Positions 23,349-36,101 are shown, counted from the stretch's first letter. The stretch is 64,000 nucleotides of DNA from Blastocladiella emersonii ATCC 22665 (GCA_025594325.1 JANHCV010000009.1:248001-312000); one strand, 5' to 3'. Notes: generated from the letters alone by a model not told the origin. A program made the numbers and translations.

Positions 23349-24663
23349 TCACTCCATCGGCATATCCATGCCGGCGTCGTGCTGCGCGCTGACGTACGCC
23401 GCAATGTTCATGCCAGCGGGGATCAGCACGTGGCTGCCGCCCGCCGTGTAGTTGCTGTCGACGAGCCCGTCGTGGTTGACATCCGCGTTGTGGAAGATGC
23501 TGCCGCCGACGTCGCGCAACGACAGCGACGAGAGCCCCGTGTCGTGGTCGGTCCACGCCAGCACGTCAATCTTGCTGTCGCCGTTCGTGTCGACGCCCAC
23601 CATTGTCACGTTCCAGTGCCCGTCGCTCGACCGGACCTCGCCGCTCTTGTCGATGAAGTCGCTCGTGTCGACCATCTCGCCGTGGTGCGGATCGAGAGCC
23701 GCCGCGTGCTGGTCAAGGCGCGCGTGGATCTCGTCCGCGGTCGGGGCCACGTCGCGCGACACCTCGATCATCTCGTCAGCCGGGTCCGCGGAGCCCGAGT
23801 CGTTGTCGTGCTCGTCAGCCACGTCACGGGCGACCTCAACCATCTCGTCAGCCGGATCCGCCGCGCCCGCGTCGTCGTGCTCATTGGCCACGTCGCGAGC
23901 GCCGTCGCCACCAGTGCCTAGGTCCGCACCGCCAAACACGGGCTCAAAGAGAACTATCGGTTGGAGAGATTGCGTCAGTTGTCGGCTCCGCGAGAGGATG
24001 GTGAGCGCGAGGCAACGTACGCTCAGTGCGGTTGGCCGAAGCGACCACCGTGGGCTCGTCGTTTCCGAGCTCCGCGTCAATGAGCGCGGCCGCGTCGGCC
24101 CACGACACGCCCGAGTTGGCGCTATCGGTCATGACGTTGACGACGGCGTTGGTGAACGGGCTGCCCATCGCGTCGGCGAGCGACGCCGTGCCCGCGTCGT
24201 TCGTGGACGACAGGCACACGACGTTGCCGGCAATGTCGCTACCCGAAAGGTCGAGGTCGCCGATCGTCCCCGTGTGGCCCGCGTCCATGACCATGGTGCA
24301 GTTGACGTCCGCCGTCAGGTCGGCGAGGATCGCGCGGATCTCGTCGTCCGTGATCGCGCCGTCGGACACGGTCAGGAACTCGTTCTGCCCGTCGGCCTCG
24401 GCGCCCGTGGCGTCGGGCGACTGCCCGCCCATGCCCGAGAAGGAGAAGAGCAGGTTGTCGCCGGGCTGCGCGTTGTCGACCATGGACCGCAGCGAGTTGA
24501 GCACGTCGTCGCGCGTCACGACCGACGTGTACGCGTCCGTCAGCGTCTCGACGTTCTCGATGCCGAGCTGCCCCGCGAGACCCGCCATGTTGTACGCGTC
24601 CACGTCCGACCCGGCGAGCTCGCTGCCGTAGGTCATTCCGACGCAGAGTGCAATGTTCGGCAT
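23349..24663 (-). CDS. Catalytically substituted metacaspase-like (Peptidase C14) protein with acidic repeats and DxDxDG-like loops; intron 23954-24020
   Basis: IALCVGMTY, DVDAYNM, TRDDVL..LRSMVDNAQPGDNLLFSFSGMG (H to M), GQNEFL, ITDDEI, MVMDAGHTG (C to G), PFTNA; GTACG…TAG intron joins the acidic C-terminal exon in frame. Confidence 0.85.
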
Positions 24664-25004
24664 GGTTGATGATGATGAGTTTACGTTGCTAGGATGTGTG
24701 CGAGATGTTGAGCAGACCAGGAGCGCGGGGGCTCGAGGGTTTTGTAGGGACCAGGGCCGCCGTGGGCGGTTCGGTTTCAAGGCGAGGCGCAGTGTATTAT
24801 TAGATTGTAACGTGGGTGGCGCAGCGCGAAACCGCAATGCGTGTGCGTGTCCGCGGCGCGCTGCGGCTGACGCAACGGTTGACGCAACGGCTGCCGGTCG
24901 ATCATGCAACCGATCAAATGCCAGAGAATGGCGATTGTATGTCTCATGTCATGTAAGTCAATACTACAGATCCTCCTCGCCCTCGAGAATCCACTAAAGT
25001 ACTC

Positions 25005-26879
25005 CTAGTACGCGACTTCGGGCTGATTATCGTACATTTGCCAGTACTCGATCCCGGGCTCGCCCTCAGCGAGACCATACTCCTCGTACGGATCGCCCGC
25101 GAGCAGAGCTGCGTCGAGATCAGCGGGCGGAACAACTGCTTCGCGCTGGCCGCGTCGCTTGCCAGAGTCTGACTGGATTAGCGTGACGCCTGCGGGGAGC
25201 TGCGCGGCGAGAGCGTCCAGAAACACGTCGCTAATTCGCGAGTTGACCGTGATCCGCGTGAGCGTCGACGGGAGCGCCTCGGTGACGAGTGCCCACCATG
25301 CGCGGCGGCCGACAAACCAGCCCGTCAGATCGAGGGTCTCAAGCGCGGGCGGGAGATGTTCGATGGCGGAGATGAAGCTGCCGTGATACCACGTTCGCAG
25401 GCGGTTGAAGGCAAGGTGCTTCAGAGTACGTGGAAGCGCACTGACAAGAGCAGCCGAGGCTTCCTCGCGCTGGTTGTAAAGCGCAGAAGATACGATTCAA
25501 GTCTCGGCCACGCTTTCTTCCTTGTCGTCAAAGTCGACGTAGGTTTCGGCGAGCTCGAGCCGCTCGAGTCGCGGCGGCATGTGCGTCACGAGCGGAGAGT
25601 GGTCGCTGATTCCATTGCCCGAGAGCAGGAGCGTCGCGAGCGAGCTGGGCAAGTGAGGCGCTATCGCGGCGAGTCCCTGGTCGCCAATCCACGATCCGCT
25701 CAGATCGAGCAGCGAGAGCTTCTGTGAAAAGTGCGAGGCGACGTAGCCTAGAGCTTTGGCGGTCGAGCTGGGCAGGGTTTGCCAACGGGAACGATCAAAA
25801 AGTTCGAGTCCAGCAAGTCGTAGCTCCGCGAGCCCGCGCGGGAAGGCGCGGCTAAGCGCCTTGAGATCATCATCATCCAAAACGTTCTTGCTCAAATCGA
25901 GTCGCTCGATCGAGGGAGGAAGCGGGTCTCGGAGCAGCCGCGCGAGACCATGGCGCTGGTAGCAGCTGCTGAGGTTGAGCGACACAAGCGAAGACGGCCA
26001 GTGCACAGATGAACGACTGACCTCGTCATCACGCGGTGTAAAACACCATGTAGGGTCAAGTCGATTGGACGAGAGATCGAGGCGCAGGACGGTATCTGGG
26101 AACGAGATCTTGGCGAGCGACGCGAAAGTCAAGTCGCAGGTCGTAAGTAATATGGTCGACACCCGCTGGTGCTTGCTCTCGAGTGCGTCCGAGAGCCGCT
26201 GCGCGCCACACTCGGTGATACGCTTCAAGCAAATGTCGACGGTGGATGCACGACCCGACGCGATTTTGTCGGCCAACGCGCTGATTGCAGCGTCGCCTGC
26301 TGGCGCGACTCCCAAGTCGAGCTAGACACATGCGAACGCGGGCTCATCAGCGACCATCCTCAAAGAAATGGCGGTCATCGGCACAGACAGGTGCACGCTT
26401 AACAATCGTACCACTAGATCAACCTTGGGCGTCCCAACCAGATGCTGCAGGTCAAACATGACCAGCAGCTGCAGACTCGGGGCTTCGACCCCTTCAATTG
26501 GGATCCCAACGTCCCGCCACGCCGCCACTCTATGTAGTTTGTGTTTAAGATCGCTCCGTATTAAGACGTTGTCTCCCGGAAGGCGGCCACCCGCTGCAGC
26601 CCACACGCGCAACGCGGGCCGGTTGACGTAAATCGCAGCGTGGAAGATCGAGATCATGCGCCGAATCGTGGCGAAAGCGCGAGGCTGCACCCCGGGAACG
26701 TCGTCGCGGCGCATGACGCGGGTATAATGTGCCAAACTTTGTACGAGCGCAGCCCCGTCCTTGACCAGCGAGGCGGTGCCGACATCGTGCAGTGACACCG
26801 CCTCCACGAGGATGCGTTCAATGACGTCGATCACAAGAGCAAGTTTAGGCGATATAGTTGCATCAAGTTTCATGGTCAT
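25005..26879 (-). pseudogene. LRR (RNI-like) gene, array copy 1, with in-frame TGA at 25497-25499; intron 26322-26411
   Basis: LRR units such as LPPSIERLDLSKNVLDDDD and LSLLDLSGSWIGDQG; alignment to copy 2 continues in frame past the TGA, which sits opposite an Arg. Confidence 0.8.
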
Positions 26880-27063
26880 GGGCTACATAAATTGCGGAGA
26901 TGTGGGAGGGGAGGCGCCGCGCGACCTCCGACCCGCTCAAGTTGGTTGCGCTTCGGGGCGGCCGAACGCGCGAGCATCGGGTGCCGTGCTTCGGGCACCA
27001 AGGCGGAAGGCTGCTTCTCGATCGAATGCCACAAAATACGAGGGTGTGTCAAAACTATTGATT

Positions 27064-28953
27064 CTAATCGCGCTCGGACGGCCCGCCATTGTACTTGTAG
27101 TACGCGAGGTGAGGGTTGTCCTTGTGCAGCTCCCAGAACTCCAATCCGGGCTCGCCATGCTCAGGATTCTCCTCGTACGGATCGTTTGCAACAACGGTTG
27201 CATCCAGCTTAGTGGGCGGAACACCCGGCTCGCGCTGGCCGCGTCTCTCAGCGGCACCTGGCTGGATCAGCGTGACACCCATGGGGAGCTGGGCGGCGAG
27301 GGCATCCATGAACTGCTGGTTGATGCGCGAGTCAACCGTGATCTGCGGAAGCGTCGATGGAAGCGCCGCGGTGGCGAGTGTCCACCATGCGCGGCGGCTC
27401 ACGAACCAGTTGCTGAGGTCGAGGGATTTGAGCGCGGGCGGGAGATGCTCAATAAGGTAGACAAAGCTGCGATGATAACGCGTGCGCAAACGGTTGAAGG
27501 CAAGGTGTTTGAGCGTGTTCGGAAGAGAGTCGATGAGAGCGGCCGACGCCTCGTCACGCTGATTGCAGAGCGCGGAGCACAGAATGCGAGTAGTACCGAC
27601 GCTGAGTTCGTGATCCTCGAAGCTGTTGATGGATTCGGCCAGCTCGAGGCGCACAAGTCGCGGCGGCATGTACGAAACAAGCGGAGAGTAGTCACCAATG
27701 CCGTTCTTGGACAGCAGGAGCGTCTCGAGGGAAGCGGGCAAGTGCGGAGCGATCGCGGCGAGGCCTTGGTCGCAGATCCAGGACCCGCTCAAATCGAGCA
27801 GCGTCAGCGTCGGAGGCAAGCTTTTGGCCATGGAACCAAGCGACTCGGTGGTACACTCGTCCAAAGTCTCGCCAGGGTAGCGGTCAAAGAGCACCAAGTT
27901 GGCGAGCCGCAGCTCGTTGAGTTGTGGCGGAAGGGCAAGGCCGAGCGCGCAAATATCATCGTCGTCCAGGTCGTTGTTGCTTAGGTCAAGTCGTTCGATC
28001 GAGGCAGGAAGCGGGTGCTCGAGTAGCTGCAAAGTGGACAGACTTGGGCTGCAGCTGTTGAGTTTGAGTGATACGAGCAAGGGCGGCAGTCGCACAGTAA
28101 AAGAGCGACCAGTGGAAGTCTGTGGAGCCATGTTCCACCCGGAGCCAAGCCGATTGAATGAAAGATCGAGGTGCAGGACGGTTGCGGGAAAAGTGATCTC
28201 GGCAAGCGAAGCCAAGGTCAAGTCGCAGGTCGTGAGTGAAATGCTCGACACGCACTGGTGCTCGCTCGCGAGTAGTTTTGAGAGCAGCTGCGCGCCAGTC
28301 ACGGTGATCCGTTTTGTGGAGATTGCGATAGCGGAAACGTCACCCGAAGCGATACCGTCGGCCAGAGCAGCGATTGTAACGTCGCCCGCCGGCGGGACGC
28401 TGGGATTAAGCTACACGCACGCGAAGGTACATACGCGTCAGCAGCGAGCAGATGAGTGACGTTGACACTTCTGAGTGGGAGATGGCCGTACCGCCAAGTC
28501 AACCTGGTCCGCGCCAACCAAATGTCCGAGATTGAACATGACAAGCAGCTGCAGGCTCGGCGCCTTCACGCCTTTGATTGGAATTCCGATATCTCGCCAC
28601 GCCTCCACCTTGTACACGTGGGGATCAAGGTCGCCATGAATCGAGTGGTCCGACCCCGAAATGCAGCCGCCCGCGGAAGCCCACACCCGTAGCACGGGGA
28701 ACAGGTCGTACATCGCAGCAAAGGCCACGGGGATCATGCGCCGAATCGCGGCGAAAGCGCGCGGCTGGACACTAGGAATGTCCTCGCGGCGCATGACGCG
28801 GGCGTACTGGGCCAAAGAGTGCACGAGCGCGGTGGCGTTCAGGACCGTGTTGGCGGTCCCAACGTCGTGCAAGGTCACCGCCTCCACGAGAATCCGGTCG
28901 ATGACATCGGTTACGAGGAAGGGCTTGCGCAATAGTTTTGCATCAGCTTCCAT
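27064..28953 (-). CDS. LRR (RNI-like) protein with ~155-aa N-terminal domain, array copy 2, apparently intact; intron 28411-28491
   Basis: Exon 1 MEADAK..VTDVIDRILVEAV spliced in frame to an LRR exon with LxxLDLSxN repeats. Confidence 0.85.
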
Positions 28954-29289
28954 GGTCTAAGAGATTTCTTTCGTTGAGTTGAGGGGACGGGTACGGGAGT
29001 GCGAGCGCGCTGTTGAGCGAAGTGCCACAGCGGTAGGGCAATGACATCAGAGTGGCCGCACGGCACATGTACGACACGTCCAACCGCGCGGTAGCCCCAA
29101 GCGGTTCTGTGTGTCTTTCATGGCACAGCCCGCAGTTCAAGTTAAGTATTTACAGATAGTTTAACGAGAGCCGCAATCGCAAGGGCCCACCGCAAGTAGC
29201 GATCAATGAACCAGCTTAGAAGGTCAAGCGGCTTGAGCGCGGACGAAAAGCTGTGAGGGTCCAAGCAAAGGCAGCACCAGCTTCTACCA

Positions 29290-29385
29290 AAAAAATCTTG
29301 CTCGAGCTCGTGCTGTGAGACGGCGAACACCAAGATCCGGTCGATGGCATCGGTCACAAGGCACGGCATCCGCGGTCGCGCTGGC
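29290..29385 (-). pseudogene. 5' fragment of a fourth LRR-array copy
   Basis: RPRMPCLVTDAIDRILVFAVSQHELEQ closely matches RPRMARLVNDAIDRILMFAVSQHELGQ of copy 3, then similarity ends. Confidence 0.7.
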
Positions 29386-29656
29386 CACGTTTTGATACGC
29401 CGCAATAAACAAGAGAAACGTCTTTGTTGCTTTGCAACGGAGGCGTTGAGTGCTGCATTTGCATGTTCCGCAGCATCGGAGCGCTCATCAATTGGGCTTG
29501 CACTGCGGGACGCGTTACAAATATATTGTAAACAGAGCAAACTCGCGTCAATCGCGTCGATCATGATTGAACTCAAACACACTTGACTTCAATGCGAAGC
29601 CAAGGAGGGAAAGAACATTGAACAACATATATTCAAACGTTATGCACCATGGCAGA

Positions 29657-31661
29657 CTAGTACTTGTCCCCAGACTCGTCCGCGTCGTCGAACACGTCTG
29701 CAAAGTCGAGCCCATCAATATTTTCGAACTCAGAGTCGGAGAGCTGAGCAACCAAGTGCTCATCGAATTTAAGCTCATCAACTTCCGGGAAATCGGGATC
29801 GTAGTTGTCAAAAGTTACCCGAGGATTGGCCGCAAAGACCTCCCAGAACTCTTTCCCAGGGTGAAGCTCATTCGGTCCAGTCTCGTAAGGATCGTTACTG
29901 AACCGAGCCGCGTCGAACGAAGCAGGTGATTTGCTACGATTATCGCGCTGGCCGTGCTGCTGGATTCGATCAAAAAAGTCGCACAGAACGACGCCAACTG
30001 GGAGCTGCTTGGCGAGGGTGTCAGAAGGTCGTGTGCGACGCGTAAATCGATCTTAATCGTCTTGAGAGTCGCTGGGAGCGTGGCCGTGACCAAGCTCCAC
30101 CAAGCGCGGCGGCTGACAAACCAACCTGTGAGGTCGAGCGACTCGAGCGAGGGCGGAAAGTGCTGGACAAAGTACACGAAAGCACGGTGGTACCGCGTGC
30201 GCAGGCGATTGAAAGCGAGGTGCTTGAGAGTACGCGGGAGCGCGTCAATAAGCGCTATCGACCCCTCCTCACGCTGATTGCGGAGTGCCAAATACAACAA
30301 GGACGCGGCACCAATTTTGTCCCCTGCTTTTACGAAGCCTGTGGAGCACTCCGCGATCTCAAGCCGTTGGAGTCGCGGTGGAGGTTGGGCAATGAGCGGG
30401 CCGTGGTGAGTGATGCCGCAGTTGGAGAGGCCAAGCGAAACGAGCGAGGCAGGCAGATGAGGTACGAGCATGGCCAGTCCCGCGTCGCCAATGTGTGTAT
30501 AGCGCAGGTCAAGTCGGTTCAGGGTTGGGGCAAGGCGCGAGAAAAATATATTCATGCCAGGAGCAACGGGACCAGGGATGCCGTGACGGTAGTGTTGCAC
30601 GAATTTCATTGAGCCACAGCGAAGCTCTTTGAGTGCTTGAGGAAGCGCGCGGCCGACCGTCTCGAGATCGGGGTCATTCAGGACGTTGATGCTCAGGTCG
30701 AGTTTCTCGAGCGAAGCGGGCAGCGGCTCTTGAAAAAGTCGAACGAGACCAAAATCCTGGCTACAATTGGAGAGGTTGATTGAGCGAAGCGAACGTGGCA
30801 AGAGCACAGTTGGTAGGTCCTGCTCACGAAGCCCCGAGTGAAGCCGCCGCGAAGTGCCGATGCGGTTTTCTGAAACGTCCAGCTCCAAAAGTGCTGCAGG
30901 GAAGGCAAATTCGGCGAGCGCAACAAGGGTCAAGTCGCACGCTGTTAGGGAGAGATGCGTTACATGGCGGGAACCGTCCGCAATTGCCTGCGAAAGCATT
31001 CGCGCCCCGCTCGGTGTGACGCGCATACAAGACAAGTAAACATTGAAGCGCAATTTGAACGAGTCGTCGCTGACCCTTTCATTGATCTCGGCGTCGCCTT
31101 TAGGAGGGATTGATGGATCAAACTACGAACGTGCGTGCGCAGTGGGTTATTTTTAAACAATTTTGGGTTAGCCGTGAATGGAGGAGTGTAGCGTACAACC
31201 AAGTCAACCTTGTGACCCAGGTCCAACAGGTCAAGGTTGAACATAGCGACGAGGTGCGGGTCAACGTGTTGGGCGCAATCAACTGGAATCCCGGCGTCGC
31301 GAAGCGCCTCCATCTTGCACAGGTCATAGCGAACAGAGCCTCTTGTGAGCAAATTGCGCGATGCGACAAGCCGATGGCCTGTTGCGGCCCAAGCCCGCAG
31401 TGCGGGCACGTTGCAGTCCCGTTGCGCGCGGACGAAGGTAATTTGGCGTCGCAGTGTCGCGTGAGCTTGGGGTATGACGCTCGGAATGTTGGCGCGCAGC
31501 ATGACGCGCGTGTAATTGGCCAGCGTATGCACAAAGGAAGCACCATCCTCGACCGAAAAGCCCTGTCCAAGTTCATGCTGCGAGACGGCGAACATCAAGA
31601 TCCGGTCAATGGCATCATTCACGAGTCGCGCCATCCGCGGCCTCGTTGCATTAGCTTCCAT
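29657..31661 (-). pseudogene. LRR gene, array copy 3, with 1-nt frameshift near 30022; intron about 31124-31195
   Basis: Same exon 1 + LRR architecture; restoring one G (ctg gac acc) gives DTLAKQLP..NDPYE..EFWE, matching copies 1 and 2, and ends in an acidic tail at TAG 29657. Confidence 0.78.
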
Positions 31662-32603
31662 GGCGGTGAGTTGCTTCATGCTTACAGATGGCGAAGTCAA
31701 AGTGGAAACCGAAGGCGCAGGAGCTCGAAGAATGCGGCATGCGGCAGTGATGCGTTGGAACGTCATCCCGTGATAGAGGTGCCTCACACATCGGCCTCCC
31801 ATTCTCCACTCCTCCGCGATGCCTTGGTGAACCTCCACCACTTCGGCTGCGCAATCGTCCGCACAACATAGCTCTCGAAAACGTGGTCGTGAGGGATCGG
31901 CTTAGAGCTCCGCGTCTCTCACGGTCGTTCTTGCTCGCGGCGGCGGCTTGCCCTGCGAGACGCGTCGCGAAATAACGTGACTCGGGAGACGCGTCTCGCT
32001 GCCTCTCGTCCAGCCTCTCGTCGGCCCGTCCCTCTCGTCAGCCAGTCCAAGTCCACATCCCCCTCCCAACGCGCAACGTTCAACGATTAACGCTACTCGA
32101 TTGACCCGACAAGCGTGTACGCCGGTGGCCTGCTGCCCGGACGCGGGCGAGGTTGAGCCCCTCAGGATTAAAGCGACCGCGGCGCATCCTGCCTCGATCG
32201 AACTCGGCCAACACGACACATCGTTCCTTGCTTCTGCTTCGTAGACCCGGTGAAGGATGAGACGGGGACCCGTCCGCTTTAGGTTTTAGGTTTAGGTTTG
32301 AGCATGGGCCGCGCTGCACGTTTTCGTGTTGGAACGCGGCCGTGGCCAAGTGACGGCTTGGGCTCAGCGACGCCCGCGCTCTCTTCTCCTTGCAAACTTG
32401 TCCATGAATAGCCTTGTCCTTCGAGAAGCGAGCGGGAGAGGTTGACATGGACGAAGGAGTCGCTGCGCCGGCAGCGGGAGGGACGCAGGGACGCGCATCA
32501 GCCTCTCTCGCTCTTCCCACGCCCGCCTCGGCCGTACATGGATCTGCCCACTTGATGCAATCACCTAACCGGACGCCCAGCCGCGCCCTCTGACCTCGTC
32601 GCG

Positions 32604-35600
32604 ATGAAGTTTGCCAAGACGCTCCGCAGCGAAGTGCGTTGACGCGACGAGACGGACGGCTCCCGAGGTGCCCCGAGTTGACCGCCCCCTCTCGAGTAGG
32701 CGGTGCCAGAATGGCTGCCCAAGTACATCAACTACCGCGGGCTCAAGAAGAAGCTCACGCGCATCGAGCGCGAGATCCAGGCTCTGCGCGACGCCGAGAC
32801 CGCGGCTGCCGCTGCTGCGGGCCAGCGCTCGCCGCCGCTCTCGCGCGGATCGTCCTTCAAGTTCCGCGGCTCGGTCCCCGCCTCGCCGACCCTGCCGAGC
32901 GCGCCCTACTCGCCGCCGCTCGGCGCCCCGCCCGTCCCCGTCGTGCCCGCCGACCTGCTGCGCGCTGCGGGCATGGAGCCCGCGTCGGGGCAGCGCCACC
33001 CGCTCGCGTCCGCCATCTCGCCAAGCGACGTGGGCGACGACACGGACCACCTCCTGCCCAAGGATTCGGACTCGGAGCTCGGCTTCGCCATGCAGCCCGT
33101 CGATGTCGGCGGATCGGGCGCGTCGCAGCACGGCAACCGCGAAATGTTCCGCGTCGGTAGCGCCGACTCGATCGTCCAGCAGCGCCGCCCGCACCGTACC
33201 TCCGAGGGCGGCACCGCGTCCGAGTACCACCCGCTCGCGCGCGAGGCCGGGTCCGACGACAGCCTCGAGTCGGATTCCGGCGCAGCGCCAACAGCACCCG
33301 CTGCAGCAGCTGCGACGCTCAAGTCGCCGACAATCAAGGGCATGGCGCCCGCGCACCTCATGGCGGGCGGGAACGCCACGCACCCGTCGCCGCGCGCGAA
33401 GCCGTCGATCCACTCGAACAGGAGCGCGAGCGCCGACGCGCTCGGCGCGCTGCCCGACCGCAGCGACCCGAATCTGCCGCACTCGTCGTCGTCGGGTCTC
33501 CTCGGCTCGCCGCTGCCGTTCCCGCCGCTGCAGCTCGAGGTGCTCACCAGCAGCGCCGAGCTCGACAAGGACATCATGGAGGGCCGGCTGCGCGCCATGC
33601 AGGCGCCGCTGAGCCCCGCGCCCACGGCGTCGCGCAAGAACTCGTTCCGCTCCACGTTCACCAACTACCGCCGCCGCATGCAGGCGCACGGGTCGCACTG
33701 TACGTCTTGTTTGGGTTGGTTCGCTTGGTTCTGTCGCTCAACCCGCTCGTTCGTGTGAATAGTCGAGCCCGACACCCACCTCGACGCCTTCCTCAACACG
33801 CGGCCGCAGGTCGAGCGCGACTTTTTCGAGATGCTTGACGGCGAGATGCGCAAGATCACCGACTTTTTCAACGGTGCGTGCGGCTGGTATTCACGTCCCA
33901 GCTACTCCTCGCTGACCCCCGCCGCCTGCGTACAGACCAGGTCGCCCACCACCACGAAACCATGGCCAAGATCAAGCGCCTCATTGCCGAGCTCGACCAC
34001 CGAGAAGCGCCTCGCCGGCCCAACTCGGACGATGTACGGAGCGCTTGCTCATATCATACCGCTCTCCCGCTCACACCGTTCGCTGCAGATGTCCATCTTC
34101 AACATGATCCGGCCCGCGATCCCGCTCGCGACGCGCAGCAGCAAGACCAAGGTCCTGCGCAACGCCATGCTCGAGTACTATCGCGCCCTCACGCTGATGC
34201 GCAACTACCAGGTACGTTGCCTTGCTCCACCCGAGCCTGGTCGATCGTTGCTAACTCCGACTCTCGCGCCGATCCTGCAGATTCTCAACTTTACGGGTCT
34301 TTTCAAGGTACTTTCCGCTTCGCCCGCCGCACTCCGCCTACACTCACCCACCTCCTCGACGCGAGCAGATCCTGAAAAAGTTTGACAAGACGGCGGGCTG
34401 GCGGTCGTCGCGCATCTACATCACGGACCGCAAGTACCTGCTGTCGTGGGACCAGGACCCCGTGGTGCGCGACCTGCTCAAGGAGACCGAGGCGCTGTAC
34501 TGCAACTTCTTCAGCAAGGGCCACCGCCAGGCCGGCATGAAGGAGCTGCGGCTCCCCGACAAGCGCCGCGTCACGCACCAGGAGGAGACGTGGCTCAGCG
34601 GCTTCTTCATTGGCGCCGGCCTGTGTCTGCTGCTGCAGAGCGTCATCTCGAGTACGTTCGCCTGGTGTCGCGCGCAATCGCGCTCGACTAACACGGCACT
34701 CGCCCTTTTGTAGTCGTCAAGGGCCAGTCTTACCTCAAGCCGCACTTTGTGCCGCTGGTCCAGGTATACGGCGGGTTCCTGATGCCGATCGTGTTCGGGA
34801 TGCTGTTCGTGTGGTGTCTGTACAAGTGGTCGGTGCACGGCGTCAACTACGTGTTCATCTTCGAGTTCAACTCGCGCGACCACATCCACTATCTCGAGTT
34901 TCTCGAGATCCCGTCGTTCCTGTTCCTGCTGTGGAGCATCTTCGTGTTCCTGACCCTGACGCCCGTCAACGAGGACCTCGACGTGTCGCCGCTCATGCTC
35001 CCGCTCATCTTCGCGTCCATCTGCCTCGCCTTCTTCGTCAACCCGTTCCCGATCCTGCACCGCAACGCGCGGTGGTGGCTGATCCGGACCCTGGTACATT
35101 GCTCGCTGACTTCTCGCCCCGGCGTCCAACTGACGCGTCGCCTGAGTGTAGTCGCGCATCCTCGCGTCGCCGTTCCACAAGATCTACTTCCGCGACTTCT
35201 TCCTGACCGACATCATGTGCTCGCTCGTCTTCTCGCTCAACTCGCTGCCGCTCTTCTTCTGCGTGTCGCTGCGGCAAGACGAGGCGTGCGACACGTCGCG
35301 GTCGCCCTTCTCGCTCGCCTTCGCGATCCTGCCCGTCCTGCTGCGCCTGATCCAGTGCGTCCGCCGTACCTACGACTCGGGCAACGTCCACCCGCACATG
35401 ACCAACGCCGGCAAGTACTGCTTCTCGCTGTCGGTCATCTGCGCGTCCTTCGTCTGGCGGTACACGGACGCCGACGCGTGGTTCTGGGCGTGGATCGCGC
35501 TCTCGGCGTGCGCTACCGCGTACGCGATTGTGTGGGATGTACGTATGGCGGTGCGGGACTCGGGTGTGCGCAGACTGACGCGTTCGTGTTCGTGTGCGTG

Positions 35601-36101
35601 TAGAGCTACATGGACTGGGGCCTGTGCGACCGCAACCACCAGTTCCTGCGCGCCGACCGCATCTTTGCGCCGCCGGGCGTCTACTATTTTGCGCTGTGCA
35701 GCAACGCGGTGCTCCGACTCGGCTGGATTCTGGTACGTCGCCGCGCCGCCCTCGCTCCGTCTCCGTCCCCGCCCCTCACTCACCACCCTCCCGCCGTGTA
35801 GCAAATCTCGCCGGGCCACTGGCTCCCGACCGTGTCGGTGACGGCCGTGACGCTGATCCTAGCACTGCTCGAGGCGGTGCGACGCGTGCAGTGGTGCCTG
35901 TACCGCATGGAGGCCGAGCACCTGGTCAACGTCGGCCAGTGGCGCGCCACCAAGGAGATCCCGCTGCCGCTGCGCAACTCGTCCGACGACGACGAGGAGC
36001 ACGGCATGGCGGTGCTCGGCGGCGGCGGTGGTGCGGGCGCGGGGCGGAACCGGCCCGCGGTGAGTATGGAGAGTCGGCGGTCCGGGTCGCCTGAGCGATA
36101 A
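32604..36101 (+). CDS. SYG1: SPX-EXS domain protein (XPR1/SYG1/PHO1 family), multi-exon
   Basis: MKFAKTLRSE|AVPEWLPKYINYRGLKKKL, LNFTGLFKILKKFDK, VNYVFIFEF, FRDFFLTDIMCSL, RLIQCVRR, TNAGKY, MDWGL, RRVQWCLYRMEAEHLVNVGQWRA; 3' end approximate. Confidence 0.93.

Noticed and set aside
32700-33660. Long Ser/Pro-rich insert in the SPX domain
   Set aside because: Variable low-complexity linkers between SPX subdomains are usual in fungal SPX proteins
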